A stretch of DNA of 64,000 bases from Taeniopygia guttata (taxonomy: Eukaryota), in NCBI RefSeq assembly GCF_048771995.1, contig NC_133041.1, positions 4,727,324-4,791,323 of the forward strand. The letters run 5' to 3'. How positions within the stretch are numbered: position 1 is the first letter of the stretch; the number at the start of each line of letters is the position of its first letter. Of the stretch, positions 11,541 to 21,775 are shown in pieces. The notes beneath the pieces were generated by a model. That model ran no database searches. It was not told where the DNA came from and was given only the letters and a program-made list of their open reading frames with translations. The position numbers and the translations under genes were made by a program.

Positions 11541-11549
11541 CCGGAAGTG
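11541..11549 (+). promoter_or_regulatory. ETS/GABPA-type motif CCGGAAGTG, 22 bp upstream of the BOLA2 ATG
   Basis: Consensus match seen in the sequence. Its position is typical of TATA-less housekeeping promoters. Confidence 0.4.
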
Positions 11550-11570
11550 ACGCAGGGCCCCTGACCGGAA

Positions 11571-11636
11571 ATGGAGCCGCCCACGGCGGAGGAGCTGCGG
11601 GAGCGGCTCCGGGAGCGGCTCCAGGCCGAGCACGTG
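11571..11636 (+). CDS. BOLA2: BOLA2 exon 1; encodes MEPPTAEELRERLRERLQAEHV
   Basis: ATG at 11571, donor gtgcgt. Matches human BOLA2 MELSAEYLREKLQRDLEAEHV. It is head-to-head with SLX1, as in human. Confidence 0.85.
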
Positions 11637-11649
11637 GTGCGTCATTAAT

Positions 11650-13690
11650 TCATTAATTAGCGGCTAATTAGCGACCCCCGCCGGGTCATTGGGCTGGGCA
11701 GGGCGGTAATTAGCTGGGAGGGCGGTTAATGAGCGGTTGGGGGGCGTTAATTGGGCGGGGGAGGGGTAATTAGCATTAATTAACCTTAATTAGCGTTAAT
11801 TAAGATGATAATTCGTTTCGGGAGGGGTTAATTTGGGTTAATTAGGATTCTAATTAGGCGGGGGAGGGGTAATTCGAGGTAATTAAGGTGGTAATTAGGT
11901 TTGAGAGGGGTTAATTAGCGTTAACTATGATTCTAATTAGGTTTGGGACTGGTTAATTAGCCTTAATTAGCGTTAATTTGGGTTATTTAGGGTGCCAGTT
12001 AGGCGAGGGAGGGTTTAATTAGCGTTAATTAGGTTTAGGAGGGGTTAATTAGGGTTAATTTAGTTGCTAATTATTTTTTTGAGGGGTTAATTAGGGAGGT
12101 AATTAGCCTTTCAGATATGTTAATTAGTGGTTAAATTATCATTAATCAACGTTAATTAGCTGTTAATAAACGCTAATAACCATTTAGTGGGTGCCAATTA
12201 ACATTTAACAAGTGCTAATTATCTTCTTATTAATTATTTTTATATTTAATTATAAGCATTATGTAGCATTAATTAGCTTATACTTGCAGCGAGCGGTTAA
12301 TGAGCATTAATTAGCGGTAATTAGCGATGAATTTATATTAATTGGTGTTTATTAACAACTAATTAGCCGTTAACGAGTGCTAATCACCCCTTAATTAAAA
12401 TATTGTTCCTCATTAGCATGGGCGGGGGGGCGGGACGTTAATTGTTGCTAATTAATCAGCGCTAATTGCAGGAGGTGCAGGACTCGCCCCAGCTCTGCCC
12501 CGGAAGTTTCCGCGTTCTCGTCGTTTCCGGAACGTTCCGCGGCCTCAAAACGCTCCAGAGGCACCGGTGGGGGCGGGGCCTAATTTGCATTTAATTATAA
12601 AAGGGGTGGGGCCTAATTTGGGTTTAATTATTAAAGGGGCGGGGCTTAATTTGGATTTTAAATATAAAAAGGGCAGGGCTTAATTTGGGTTTAATTAAAA
12701 AGAGGCGGGGCTTTAAATGGGATTTAAATTAGAAAGGGGCGGGGCTTAATTTTGGTTTAATTGGGAAAAGGGGCGTGGCTTAATTTGAGGTTAATTGGGG
12801 AAATGGGTGGGGCTTAAATTGGGTTTAATTGGGAAAAGGGGCGGGGCTTAATTTGGATTTAAATATAAAAGGGGTGGGGCTTAATTTGGGGTTAATTGGA
12901 AAAGGGGCGGGGCTTAAATTGGGTTTTAATATAAAAGGGGTGGGGCTTAAATTTGGGTTAATCGGGAAAGGGGCGGGGCTTAATTTTGGTTTAATTGGGG
13001 AAAAGGGCGGGGCTTAATTTTGGTTTAATTGGGAAAAGGGGCGGGGCTTAATTTGCATTTAATTGGGGAAGGGGCGGGGCTTAATTTGGGTTTAATTTGG
13101 GAAAGGGGCGGGGCTTAAATTGGGTTTAATTGGGGAAGGGGCGGGGCTTAATTTGGGTTTAATTGGGAAAAGGGGCGTGGCTTATTTTGCATTTAATTAG
13201 AAGAGGGGTGGGGCTTGATTTGGGTTTAATTGGGAAAGGGGCGGGGTTTAATTTAGGTTTAAATCAGAAAATTATCAAGGCTTAATTTGGATTTAATTAA
13301 AAAAGGGGTGGGGCTTTATTTGAGTTTAATTGGGGAAAAGGGCGGGGCTTAATTTGGGTTTAATTGGGAAAATGGGCGGGGCTTAATTTGAGTTTAATTG
13401 GGAAAGGGGTGGGGCTTAATTTGGGTTTAATTAGGAAAAGAGGCGGGGCTTAATTTGAGGTTAATTGGGGAAAGGGGCGGGGCTTATTTTGGGTTTAATT
13501 GGGAAAAGGGGCAGGGCTTAATTTGGGTTTTAATTAGGGAAAGGGGCGGGGCTTGAATTGGGTTTAAATGGGGAAATGGGCGGAGCTTAATTTAAATTTA
13601 ATTGGGAAAAGGGGTGGGGCTTAATTTAAATTTAATTGGGAAAAGGGGCGGGGCTTACATTTGTCTTATATGGGAAAAGGGGCGGGGATT
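11650..13690. repeat. BOLA2 intron repeats: AT-rich ttaattag-type units (11650-12460) and a roughly 40-bp repeat of about 28 copies, aaaggggcggggcttaatttgggtttaattggg (12570-13690)
   Basis: Direct periodicity. Confidence 0.85.
12472..12566 (+). CDS. BOLA2: BOLA2 exon 2; encodes EVQDSPQLCPGSFRVLVVSGTFRGLKTLQRH(R)
   Basis: Acceptor ttgcag, donor GTgggg at 12567. Matches human EVEDTTLNRCSCSFRVLVVSAKFEGKPLLQRHR. Confidence 0.85.
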
Positions 13691-13773
13691 GATTAATAAT
13701 TAATTACAGAAGGGGTTAACGAGGGGTTTTAAGGGCTGGTCTGGGGGTTAATTAGCATCTCATGAATATGCAG

Positions 13774-13879
13774 GCTGGTTAACGAGGCGCTGCAGGAGGA
13801 GCTGGGCCGCATCCACGCGCTGGAGCAGCGAACGCTGACGCCCGAGCAGTGGGAGGCGGAGCGTGGCTCATCTGCATAA
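13774..13879 (+). CDS. BOLA2: BOLA2 exon 3; encodes (R)LVNEALQEELGRIHALEQRTLTPEQWEAERGSSA*
   Basis: Acceptor atatgcag. TAA stop at 13877-13879. Matches human LVNACLAEELPHIHAFEQKTLTPDQWARERQK. An AATAAA lies at about 14045. Confidence 0.85.
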
Positions 13880-14135
13880 ATTTGCATACCGCCGCCTTTC
13901 CGCCTCCGCTTTGCCTATGCATGGATTTGCATAAATTAGCCCGGCCTGGCTCTGATTGGTTGAGGCCACGCCCCCTTTTCAGGCCTTAAATGGAGGGGGA
14001 AGGGCGTGGGTGTGGTGCTCATTTGCATAAATTTGCATTAAGGCAATAAACATTCCTCATTTGCATATTGCTGTGGTATTATTGGGTTGGGGCAGCTTTT
14101 GAAGGGGGTTTGGAGGGTGATTTGCATGAATTTGC
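13870..14135. promoter_or_regulatory. Dense cluster of at least 9 octamer motifs (ATTTGCAT/ATGCAAAT), several as tandem pairs ATTTGCATAAATTTGCAT, immediately 3' of the BOLA2 stop codon
   Basis: Strings seen directly include ctgcataaatttgcatacc, ggatttgcataaatt, tcatttgcataaatttgcattaagg, ctcatttgcatattg and gatttgcatgaatttgcataatttt. A smaller cluster is at 7455-7500. Confidence 0.5.
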
Positions 14136-14149
14136 ATAATTTTGGGGGA

Positions 14150-16730
14150 CAGGGAGGGGCTCCCAGTTTGATCCCAGTCCCCACCCCCCAAAATAGAACC
14201 AAAAATGACCCAAAATGCCCCAAAATTGCCCAAAAAAAGACCAAAAATGACCCAAAATGGAACCAAAATGGACCAAAAATGGTCCAAAAATGACTCAAAA
14301 GTGGCACAAAATGGCTCAAAAATGATCCAAAAAAGGTCGAAAAATGACCCAAAAATGAATCAAAAAAATGTCCAAAAATGGCCTAAAATGACCCCAAAAT
14401 GGCCCAAAATTGACTCCCAAAAATATCCAAAAATGAGCCCAAAATGGTCCCAAAAAGGGCCTAAAAATTACTCAAAAAATGTCCAAAAATGAGCCAAAAA
14501 TGCTCAAATATGTCACAAAATTGACTCCAAAAAATGCCCAAAAATGACCGAAAATGTCACAAAAAAGGTCCCAAAAATGGTCAAAAATTATTCAAAAATG
14601 GTCCCAAAAGTGTCCCAAAACTGACTCCTAAAAATATCCAAAAATGGTCCAAAAATGGCAAAAATTAGTCAAAAAAGTCCAAAAATAGCCCAAAATGATA
14701 CAAAAGTGACCTAAAATGACCCAAAAATGGTCCCTAAAATGGCCCAAAATTGACCCTAAAAAATGTCCCAAAAATGGCCCAAAATTGACCCTAAAAAATG
14801 TCCCAAAAAAAGGTCCCAAAACGACCCAAAATTGACCCCAAAGTGACCCAAAAAATTATCCGAAAAAAGTCCCAAAATGACCCAAAATGACCCAGAAATG
14901 ACAAATCCCCTCCCCCACCCCCGCGGGATTCGATGGGGGGGAGGGGCGGCCCCTCCCCCTCCCCTCCCCCACCCCCCGGCCCCGCCTCTGCCCGGGGTGG
15001 GGGAGGGGCCGATTTTGGGTCATTTTGGGACTTTTTCGGCCATTTTGGGGCCATTTCGGGACCTTTTTTTGGGTCATTTTTGGTCTTTTTTTGGGGCAAT
15101 TTTGGGGTTTTTTTTAATTATTTTTTTGGGGGGTGGGGAAAGGGATTTTTGGGGTGGGGGAGGGGCCGATTTTGGGGTGGCTTTGGGACATTTTGGGTCT
15201 TTTTTGGGGCCATTTTTGGGCCACTTTTGAGTCCATTTTGGGACCTTTTTTTGGGTCATTTTTGGGTCTTTTTTTTGGGGTCAATTTTGGGGCAATTTTT
15301 GGGCATTTTGGGTTTGGTTTGTTTTTTGGGGGGTGGGGGAGGGGCAATTCGGGGTCATTTTTTTGAGGGTGGGGGAGGGGCCGATTTTGGGGTCACTTTG
15401 GGACATTTTGGGTCTTTTTTGGGGTCAATTTTGGTCATTTTTTTGTCATTTGGGGGGTGGGGGAGGGGATTCGGGGGTGGGGGAGGGGCGGGGACAGGAC
15501 TTTGAGAGTGGGGGAGGGGCCTGAAGGGTGGGGGAGGGGATTTGGGGTGGGGGAGGGGCCGATTTTTGGGGTCACTTTGGGACTTTTTGGTCATTTTTGT
15601 CATTTCTGGGTCATTTTGGGTCATTTTTGAGCCATTTTTGGGTCATTTTGGGACATTTTTTGGAGGCAATTTTGGGACATTTTTGGGACCGTTTTTGGCT
15701 CATTTTTCAGCCATTTTTGGGTCATTTTTGGGACATTTTTTGTACATTTTTTGGTCATTTTTGTGTCATTTTTCGAGTCAATTTTGGGTCATTTTTGGAC
15801 ATTTTTAGAACCATTTTGGGTCATTTTTGGAGGGGATTTGAGGGTGGGGGAGGGGAAATTTGACGCCATTTTTGAGGGTGGGGGAGGGGCCGATTTTGGG
15901 GTGACTTTGGGACACTTTGAGTCTTTTTGGGACCTTTTTTTGGGTCACTTTTGGGTCTTTTTTTGGGGGTCAATTTTGGGGCAATTTTTGGGCATTTTGG
16001 GGCTTTTTTTTTGTTTCGTTCGAGGTGGGGGAGGGGATTTGGGGGTGGGGGAGGGGCTGGGAGAGGACTTTGAGAGTGGGGGAGGGGCTTGAAGGGTGGG
16101 GGAGGGGAAACTCGGGGTGGGGGAGGGGCAATTCGGGGTAATCATTGAGGGTGGGGGAGGGGCCGATTTTGGGGCCATTTTGGGTCTCTTTTGGGGTCAA
16201 TTTTGCGGAATTTTGGTCTTTTTTTAAAATTCTCATTTGGGGGTGGGGGAGGGGAAGTTTGGGGTGGGGGAGGGGAAATTTGGGGTGGATTTAAGGGTGG
16301 GGGAGGGGAACTGAGGCGGTTTTGAGGGTGGGGGAGGGGATTTTCGGGGTGGGGGAGGGGCAATTTGGGGTGGGGGAGGGGATTTGAGGGTGGGGGGAGG
16401 GGAAATTTGGGGTGGATTTAAGGGTGGGGGAGGGGAACTGGGGCGGTTTTGAGGGTGGGGGAGGGGATTTGGGGGTGGGGGAGGGGAAATTTGGGGTGGG
16501 GGAGGGGAACTGAGGCGGTTTTGAGGGTGGGGGAGGGGAAATTTGGGGTGGGGGAGGGGATTTAAGGGTGGGGGAGGGGAACTGAGGCGGTTTTGAGGGT
16601 GGGGGAGGGGATTTGGGGTGGGGGAGGGGTTGTGACGATGGGGGCGGGGCTCAGCGGTGGGGGAGGGGCTCCGGGAGGGGATTTAGGCGCCAAACGGGGG
16701 TGGGGGAGGGGAATTTTGGGGTGGGGGAGG
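14150..16730. repeat. Intergenic arrays upstream of SLC5A2: a roughly 20-bp gacccaaaatg-type repeat in mixed orientation (14150-15100), then about 1.6 kb of G-quadruplex-type repeats gggtgggggaggggatttg (15100-16730)
   Basis: Runs of GGG(N1-3)GGGGGAGGGG on the + strand continue without a break up to the SLC5A2 ATG. Confidence 0.85.
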
Positions 16731-16732
16731 GG

Positions 16733-16813
16733 ATGGCGGCGCCCGGAGCGGGGCCGTGGGACCTGGGGGTGGTCGCGGGGTATTTCCTGCTCGTCATGGC
16801 CGTGGGGATCTGG
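16733..16813 (+). CDS. SLC5A2: SLC5A2 (SGLT2) exon 1; encodes MAAPGAGPWDLGVVAGYFLLVMAVGIW
   Basis: ATG at 16733, donor gtaagg. Matches the start of SGLT2 TM1 (ADILVIAAYFLLVIGVGLW). The exon is embedded in G4-type repeats. Confidence 0.8.
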
Positions 16814-16839
16814 GTAAGGACAAAAAAATAACCCCAAAA

Positions 16840-19800
16840 TCCCAGAAATTCACCCCAAAAAAATCAACCAAAAAAAATCCCAAATTCCCAGAAATTTACC
16901 CCGAAAAAATCAACCAAAAAAAAAAATCCCAAATTCCCAGAAATTCACCCCAAAAAATCAAACAAAAAAATTCCCCAAAATTCCAAAAATTCACCCCGAA
17001 AAAATCCACCCTAAAAATCCCAAAATCCCAGAAATTCACCCCAAAAAAATCAACCAAAAAATTCCCCCAAAATCCCAGAAATTCACCCCAAAAAAATCCA
17101 CCCTAAAAATCCCAAAAACCTGAAATTTCTGCCCAAAAAATTCACCCTGAAAATCTCAAAATCCTGAAATATCACCCCGAAAAAATCAACCAAAAAATTC
17201 CCCAAAATCCCAGAAATTCACCCCAAAAAAATCAACCAAAAAATTCCCCAAAATTCAAAAAATTCACCCCCAAAAAATCAACCAAAAAAATCCCAAATTC
17301 CCAGAAATTCACCCCAAAAAAATCAACTAAAAAATTCCCCCAAAATCCCAGAAATTCATCCCGAAAAAATCAAACAAAAAATTCCCCAAAATCCCAGAAA
17401 TTCACCCCAAAAAATCAACCAAAAAAAAAAATCCCAAAATCCCGGAAATTCACCCCAAAAAAATCAACCAAAAAAATAACCCCAAAATCCCAGAAATTAA
17501 CCCCGAAAATATCCACCCTAAAAATCCCAAAAACCTGAAATTTCTGCCCAAAAAATCCACCCTGAAAATCTCAAAATCCCAAAAATTTGCCCCCAAAAAT
17601 CAACCAAAAGATTCCCCAAAATCCCAGAAATTCACCCAAAAAAAATCAACCCTGAAAATCCCAAATTCCCAGAAAATCACCCCTAAAAAAAAATCCACCC
17701 TAAAAATCCCAAAATCCTGAAAATTCACCCCAAAAAAATCCCCAAATTCCAAAAATTCACCCCAAAAAAATCAACCAAAAAAAAAATCCCAAAATCCTGG
17801 AAATTCACCCCAAAAAAATCAACCAAAAAATTCCCCAAATCCTGAAAATTCACCCAAAAAAATTCCCCAAATTCCAGGAAATCACCCCGAAAAAATCCAC
17901 CCTAAGAATCCCAAAAACCTGAAATTTCTGCCCAAAAAATTCACCCTGAAAATCTAAAAATTCCAAAAATTCACCCCCAAAAATCAACCACAAAATTCCC
18001 CAAAATCCCAGAAATTCACCCCAAAAAAATCAACCAAAAAATTCCCCAAATCCTGAAAATTCACCCCGAAAAAATCAAACAAAAAATTCCCCCAAATCCC
18101 AGAAATTCACCCCAAAAAAATCAACTAAAACAAAAGATCCCAAAATCCCAGAAATTCACCCCAAAAAAATCAACCAAAAAAACCCCAAATTCCCAGAAAA
18201 TCACCCCGAAAAAATTCCACCCTAAAAATCCCAAAAACCTGAAATTTCAGCCCAAAAATTTCAGCCTGAAAATCTCAAAATCCCAGAAATTCACCCTGAA
18301 AAAAATCAACTTTAAAAGTCCCAAAATGCCGGAAAATCAACCCAAAAATATCCATTTTTAAAATCCCCAAATCCTGAAAATTCACCCAGAAAAAAAATCC
18401 ACCCTAAAAATCACAAACTCTCAGAAATTCACCCTAAAAAATCAACTTCAGAAATCCCAAAATCCTGAAAATTCACCCCAAAAAAAATCCACCCTAAAAA
18501 CCCCCAAAATCTCAGAAATTCACCCCAAAATTCCGGAAATTCACCCTCAAAAAAATCCACCCTAAAAATCCCCAAATCCTGGAAAATCAACACAAAAAAT
18601 GTTGCCCGTACTGGTTTGTACTGGTTTGTACTGGTTTATACTGGTTTATACTGGTTTTTACTGGTTTATACTGGTTCATACTGGTTCATACTGGTTTTAC
18701 GGGTATATATTGGTTTTTACTGGTTTATACTGGTTTTTACTGGTTTTTACTGGTTTTTCCGGGTCTGTACTAGTTCATACTGGTTTATACTGGTTTGTAT
18801 CAATCCATACTGGTTCATACTGGTTTATACTGGTTTATACTGGTCCGTACTGGTCCATACTGGTTTATACTGGTTTCTATGGATTTCTACGGCGGTTTTT
18901 TGGGTCCATACTGGTTTATACTGGTTTATACTGGTTTGTATCAATCCCTACTGGTCTGTAGTGGTCCATACTGGTTTATACTGGTTCATACTGGTTTATA
19001 CTGGTTTCTATCAATCCATACTGGTCCTTACTGGTCCTTACTGGTTTTTACTGGTCCCAGTCCCTGCGCCGGCGCGGTGGGCGGAGCCTCTCCGGGTATT
19101 TCCTGGCCGGACGCAGCATGACCTGGGCCCCGGTGAGTTTTTATACTGGTTTGTACTGGTTTGTACTGGTTTGGACTGGTTTGGACTGGTTTGGACTGGT
19201 TTGGACTGGTTTTATACTGGTTTGGACTGGTTTGTACTGGTTTGTACTGGGAGGGACTCAGAGGGAACTGGTTTATACTGGGAATGGAGGGATCACCTTG
19301 GGGTCACTCATTGATCACTCAGGGGTCACTCAGGGTCACTCAGGGTCACTCAGGGTCACTCATTGGTCACTCATTGGTCACTCAGGGTCACTCAGGGGTC
19401 ACTCAGGGGTCACTCAGGGGTCACTCATTGGTCACTCATTGGTCACTCAGGGTCACTCAGGGGTCACTCATTGGTCACTCAGGGGTCACTCAAGGGTCAC
19501 TCATTGGTCACTCAGGGGTCACTCAGGGGTCACTCAGGGGTCACTCAGGGGTCACTCAGCGGTCACTCAGGGGTCACTCAGGGGTCACTCAGGGGTCACT
19601 CATTGGTCACTCAGGGGTCACTCAGGGTCACTCAGGGGTCACTCAGGGGTCACTCAGGGGTCACTCATTGGTCACTCAGGGGTCCCTCAGGGGTCACTCA
19701 GGGGTCACTCAGGGGTCACTCAGGGTCACTCAGGGTCACTCATTGGTCACTCAGGGGTCACTCATTGGTCACTCATTGAGGGTCACTCAGGGTCACTCAG

Positions 19801-20160
19801 GGGTCACTCAGGGTCACTCAGGGTCACTCATTGATCACTCATTGGTCACTCCGTTGGTCACTCAGGGTCACTCAGGGTCACTCAGGGTCACTCAGGGGTC
19901 ACTCAGGGGTCACTCGGGGTCACTCAGGGGTCACTCAGGGGTCACTCGGGGTCACTCAGGGGTCACTCATTGGTCACTCATTGGTCACTCAGGGGTCACT
20001 CAGGGGTCACTCAGGGGTCACTCAGGGGTCACTCATTGGTCACTCATTGGTCACTCAGGGGTCACTCAGGGGTCACTCAGGGTCACTCAGGGGTCACTCA
20101 GGGGTCACTCAGGGGTCACTCAGGGTCACTCAGGGGTCACTCAGGGTCACTCAGGGGTCA
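16840..20160. repeat. SLC5A2 intron 1 and intron 2 satellites: a roughly 44-bp unit aaaaatcaaccaaaaaattccccaaaatcccagaaattcacccc (16840-18600), a 10-bp ctggtttata satellite (18600-19060), and a 10/11-bp ggtcactcagg satellite (19290-20160)
   Basis: Direct periodicity. The ctggtttata family recurs throughout the window in both orientations. Confidence 0.9.
19061..19132 (+). CDS. SLC5A2: SLC5A2 exon 2; encodes [24 protein letters not shown]
   Basis: Acceptor cccag, donor gtgagt. Matches SGLT2 [24 protein letters not shown]. Confidence 0.85.
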
Positions 20161-20173
20161 CTCTCTGTCCCAG

Positions 20174-20278
20174 GTCGGGGCCTCTCTCTTCGCCAGCAAT
20201 ATCGGCTCCGGTCACTTCGTGGGTCTGGCCGGGACGGGCGCCGCGGGCGGCATCGCCGTGGGCGGCTTCGAGTGGAGC
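20174..20278 (+). CDS. SLC5A2: SLC5A2 exon 3; encodes [35 protein letters not shown]
   Basis: Acceptor ctgtcccag, donor gtgagt. This is the SLC5 (sodium:solute symporter) signature region and is near-identical to SGLT1 and SGLT2. Confidence 0.92.
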
Positions 20279-20282
20279 GTGA

Positions 20283-20470
20283 GTCGCGATATATGTCGCG
20301 ATATGCCGCGATATGTCGCGATATCTGCCGCGATATGTCGCGATATGCCGCGATAGGGCGCGATATGTCGCGGTACCGCGACATATCGCGCCCTATCGCG
20401 GCATATCGCGACATATCGCGGCCCCCCCGCTGCTTCTATCGCGAGATTTGCCGTCCTTAAACACGCCCTG
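20283..20470. repeat. Near-perfect palindrome of about 90 bp centred on GGTACC (about 20373-20378) in SLC5A2 intron 3. It is built from CpG-rich 9/10-bp units TGTCGCGATA, which equal the ZBED1/hDREF consensus TGTCG(C/T)GA(C/T)A
   Basis: The left arm gcgatatgccgcgatagggcgcgatatgtcgc is the exact reverse complement of the right arm gcgacatatcgcgccctatcgcggcatatcgc. More TATCGCGATA units follow at 20480-20590. Confidence 0.85.
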
Positions 20471-20600
20471 TTGGTTCTATCGCGATATATCGGCGCCATC
20501 TTGTGGCCGTTCCGCGGTATTGCCTCACCCGGGTTTGGCCACGCCCCTCTATCGCGATATTGGCCACGCCCCTATCGCGACATGGCCCCTCCCCCCACAG

Positions 20601-20660
20601 GGAATGTTCATTGTGCTGTTGCTGGGCTGGGTGTTCGTGCCGATCTACATGAGAGCGGGG
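20601..20660 (+). CDS. SLC5A2: SLC5A2 exon 4; encodes GMFIVLLLGWVFVPIYMRAG
   Basis: Acceptor ccccccacag, donor gtgaga. Matches SGLT2 [20 protein letters not shown]. Confidence 0.9.
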
Positions 20661-21339
20661 GTGAGACTGGTTTATACTGGTTTATACTGGGAGGGACTGG
20701 GAGGGACTGGGAGGGAACTGGGAGGGGACTGGGTTATACTGGTTTATACTGGGAGGGAGCTGGGAGGGAACTGGGTTATACTGGGAGGGACTGGGAGGGA
20801 ACTGGGTTATACTGGGAGGGACTGGGAGGGACTGGGAGGGGACTGGGAATGAACTGGGTTATACTGGTTTATACTGGGAGGGAGCTGGGAGGGAACTGGG
20901 TTATACTGGGAGGGACTGGGAGGGAACTGGTTTATACTGGGACGGACTGGGATGGACTGGGAATGGACTGGGTTATACTCGTTTATACTGGGAGGGACTG
21001 GGAGGGAACTGGGAGGGGACTGGGACAAACTGGGACAAACTGGGAGGGACTGGGAGGGGACTGGGAACGGAGTGGTTTATACTGGTTTATACTGGGAGGG
21101 ACTGGGAGGGAGCTGGGAGGGACTGGGACAAACTGGGACAAACTGGGAGGGACTGGGAATGGACTGGGTTATACTGGTTTTTACTGGGAGGGACTGGGAG
21201 GGGACTGGGACAAACTGGGAGGGACTGGGAATGAACTGAGTTATACTGGTTTATACTGGGAGGGACTGGGCGTGGCTTAGTGAGGGGTGGGCATGTCTCG
21301 GTCCCGGGTGGGCGTGGTCTGAGCGAGGGGCGTGGCCAG

Positions 21340-21599
21340 GTGAGCACCATGCCCGAGTACCTGGGGCGGGTGGGCGTGGTCTGATGGGGTGGGCGTGGTC
21401 TGAGCCCGGTGGGCGTGGCCAGGTGAGCACCATGCCCGAGTACCTGGGGCGGGTGGGCGTGGTCTGAGCCCGGTGGGCGTGGCCAGGTGAGCACCATGCC
21501 CGAGTACCTGGGGCGGGTGGGCGTGGCCCAGGGAAGGGTGGGCGTGGTCTGACCGGTGGGCGTGGCCAGGTGAGCACCATGCCCGAGTACCTGGGGCGG
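21340..21599 (+). other. Four decoy copies of the SLC5A2 exon 5 acceptor plus its first 30 nt (ggccag|GTGAGCACCATGCCCGAGTACCTGGGGCGG|gtgggc) at 21340-21369, 21423-21452, 21487-21516 and 21570-21599, inside a repeat of 60-90 bp immediately upstream of the real exon 5 (21671)
   Basis: Each copy has an AG acceptor, a 30-nt in-frame segment ([10 protein letters not shown]) and a downstream GT. Only the last copy continues into the real exon sequence (cgcttcggggg...). Confidence 0.85.
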
Positions 21600-21670
21600 G
21601 TGGGCGTGTCCTGGGGCGGTGGGCGTGGTCTGAGCGGGGTGGGCGTGGCCTGACCGAGGGGCGTGGCCAG

Positions 21671-21775
21671 GTGAGCACCATGCCCGAGTACCTGGGGCGG
21701 CGCTTCGGGGGCGGCCGGATCCGACTGTACCTGGCGGGGCTGTCCCTGATGCTCTACGTGTGCACCAAGATCTCG
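21671..21775 (+). CDS. SLC5A2: SLC5A2 exon 5; encodes [35 protein letters not shown]
   Basis: Acceptor ggccag, donor gtactg. Matches SGLT2 [35 protein letters not shown]. Four decoy copies of the first 30 nt of this exon lie just upstream (see findings). Confidence 0.9.

Noticed and set aside
10790-14135. Possible snRNA, 7SK or tRNA genes suggested by octamer plus ZNF143 (DSE-like) motifs
   Set aside because: I searched by eye for the U1, U2, U4, U5, U6 and 7SK 5' ends, PSE-like elements and tRNA A/B boxes near these motifs and found none. The motifs are better explained as the SLX1/BOLA2 promoter array and satellite-embedded sites.
14933-16363. Glycine-rich ORFs (190 aa and others) over the G-quadruplex repeat upstream of SLC5A2
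   Set aside because: They translate the gggtgggggagggg repeat and have no start or stop context consistent with a gene. The true first SLC5A2 exon is defined by the ATG at 16733 and the gtaagg donor.
19161-20282. 373-aa plus-strand ORF (also the overlapping 19118-19834 and 19831-20460 ORFs) with a periodic [11 protein letters not shown] peptide
   Set aside because: It is a translation of the 10/11-bp ggtcactcagg satellite in SLC5A2 intron 2, with no start context and a purely periodic low-complexity product. The real exon 3 (20174-20278) is read in a different context.
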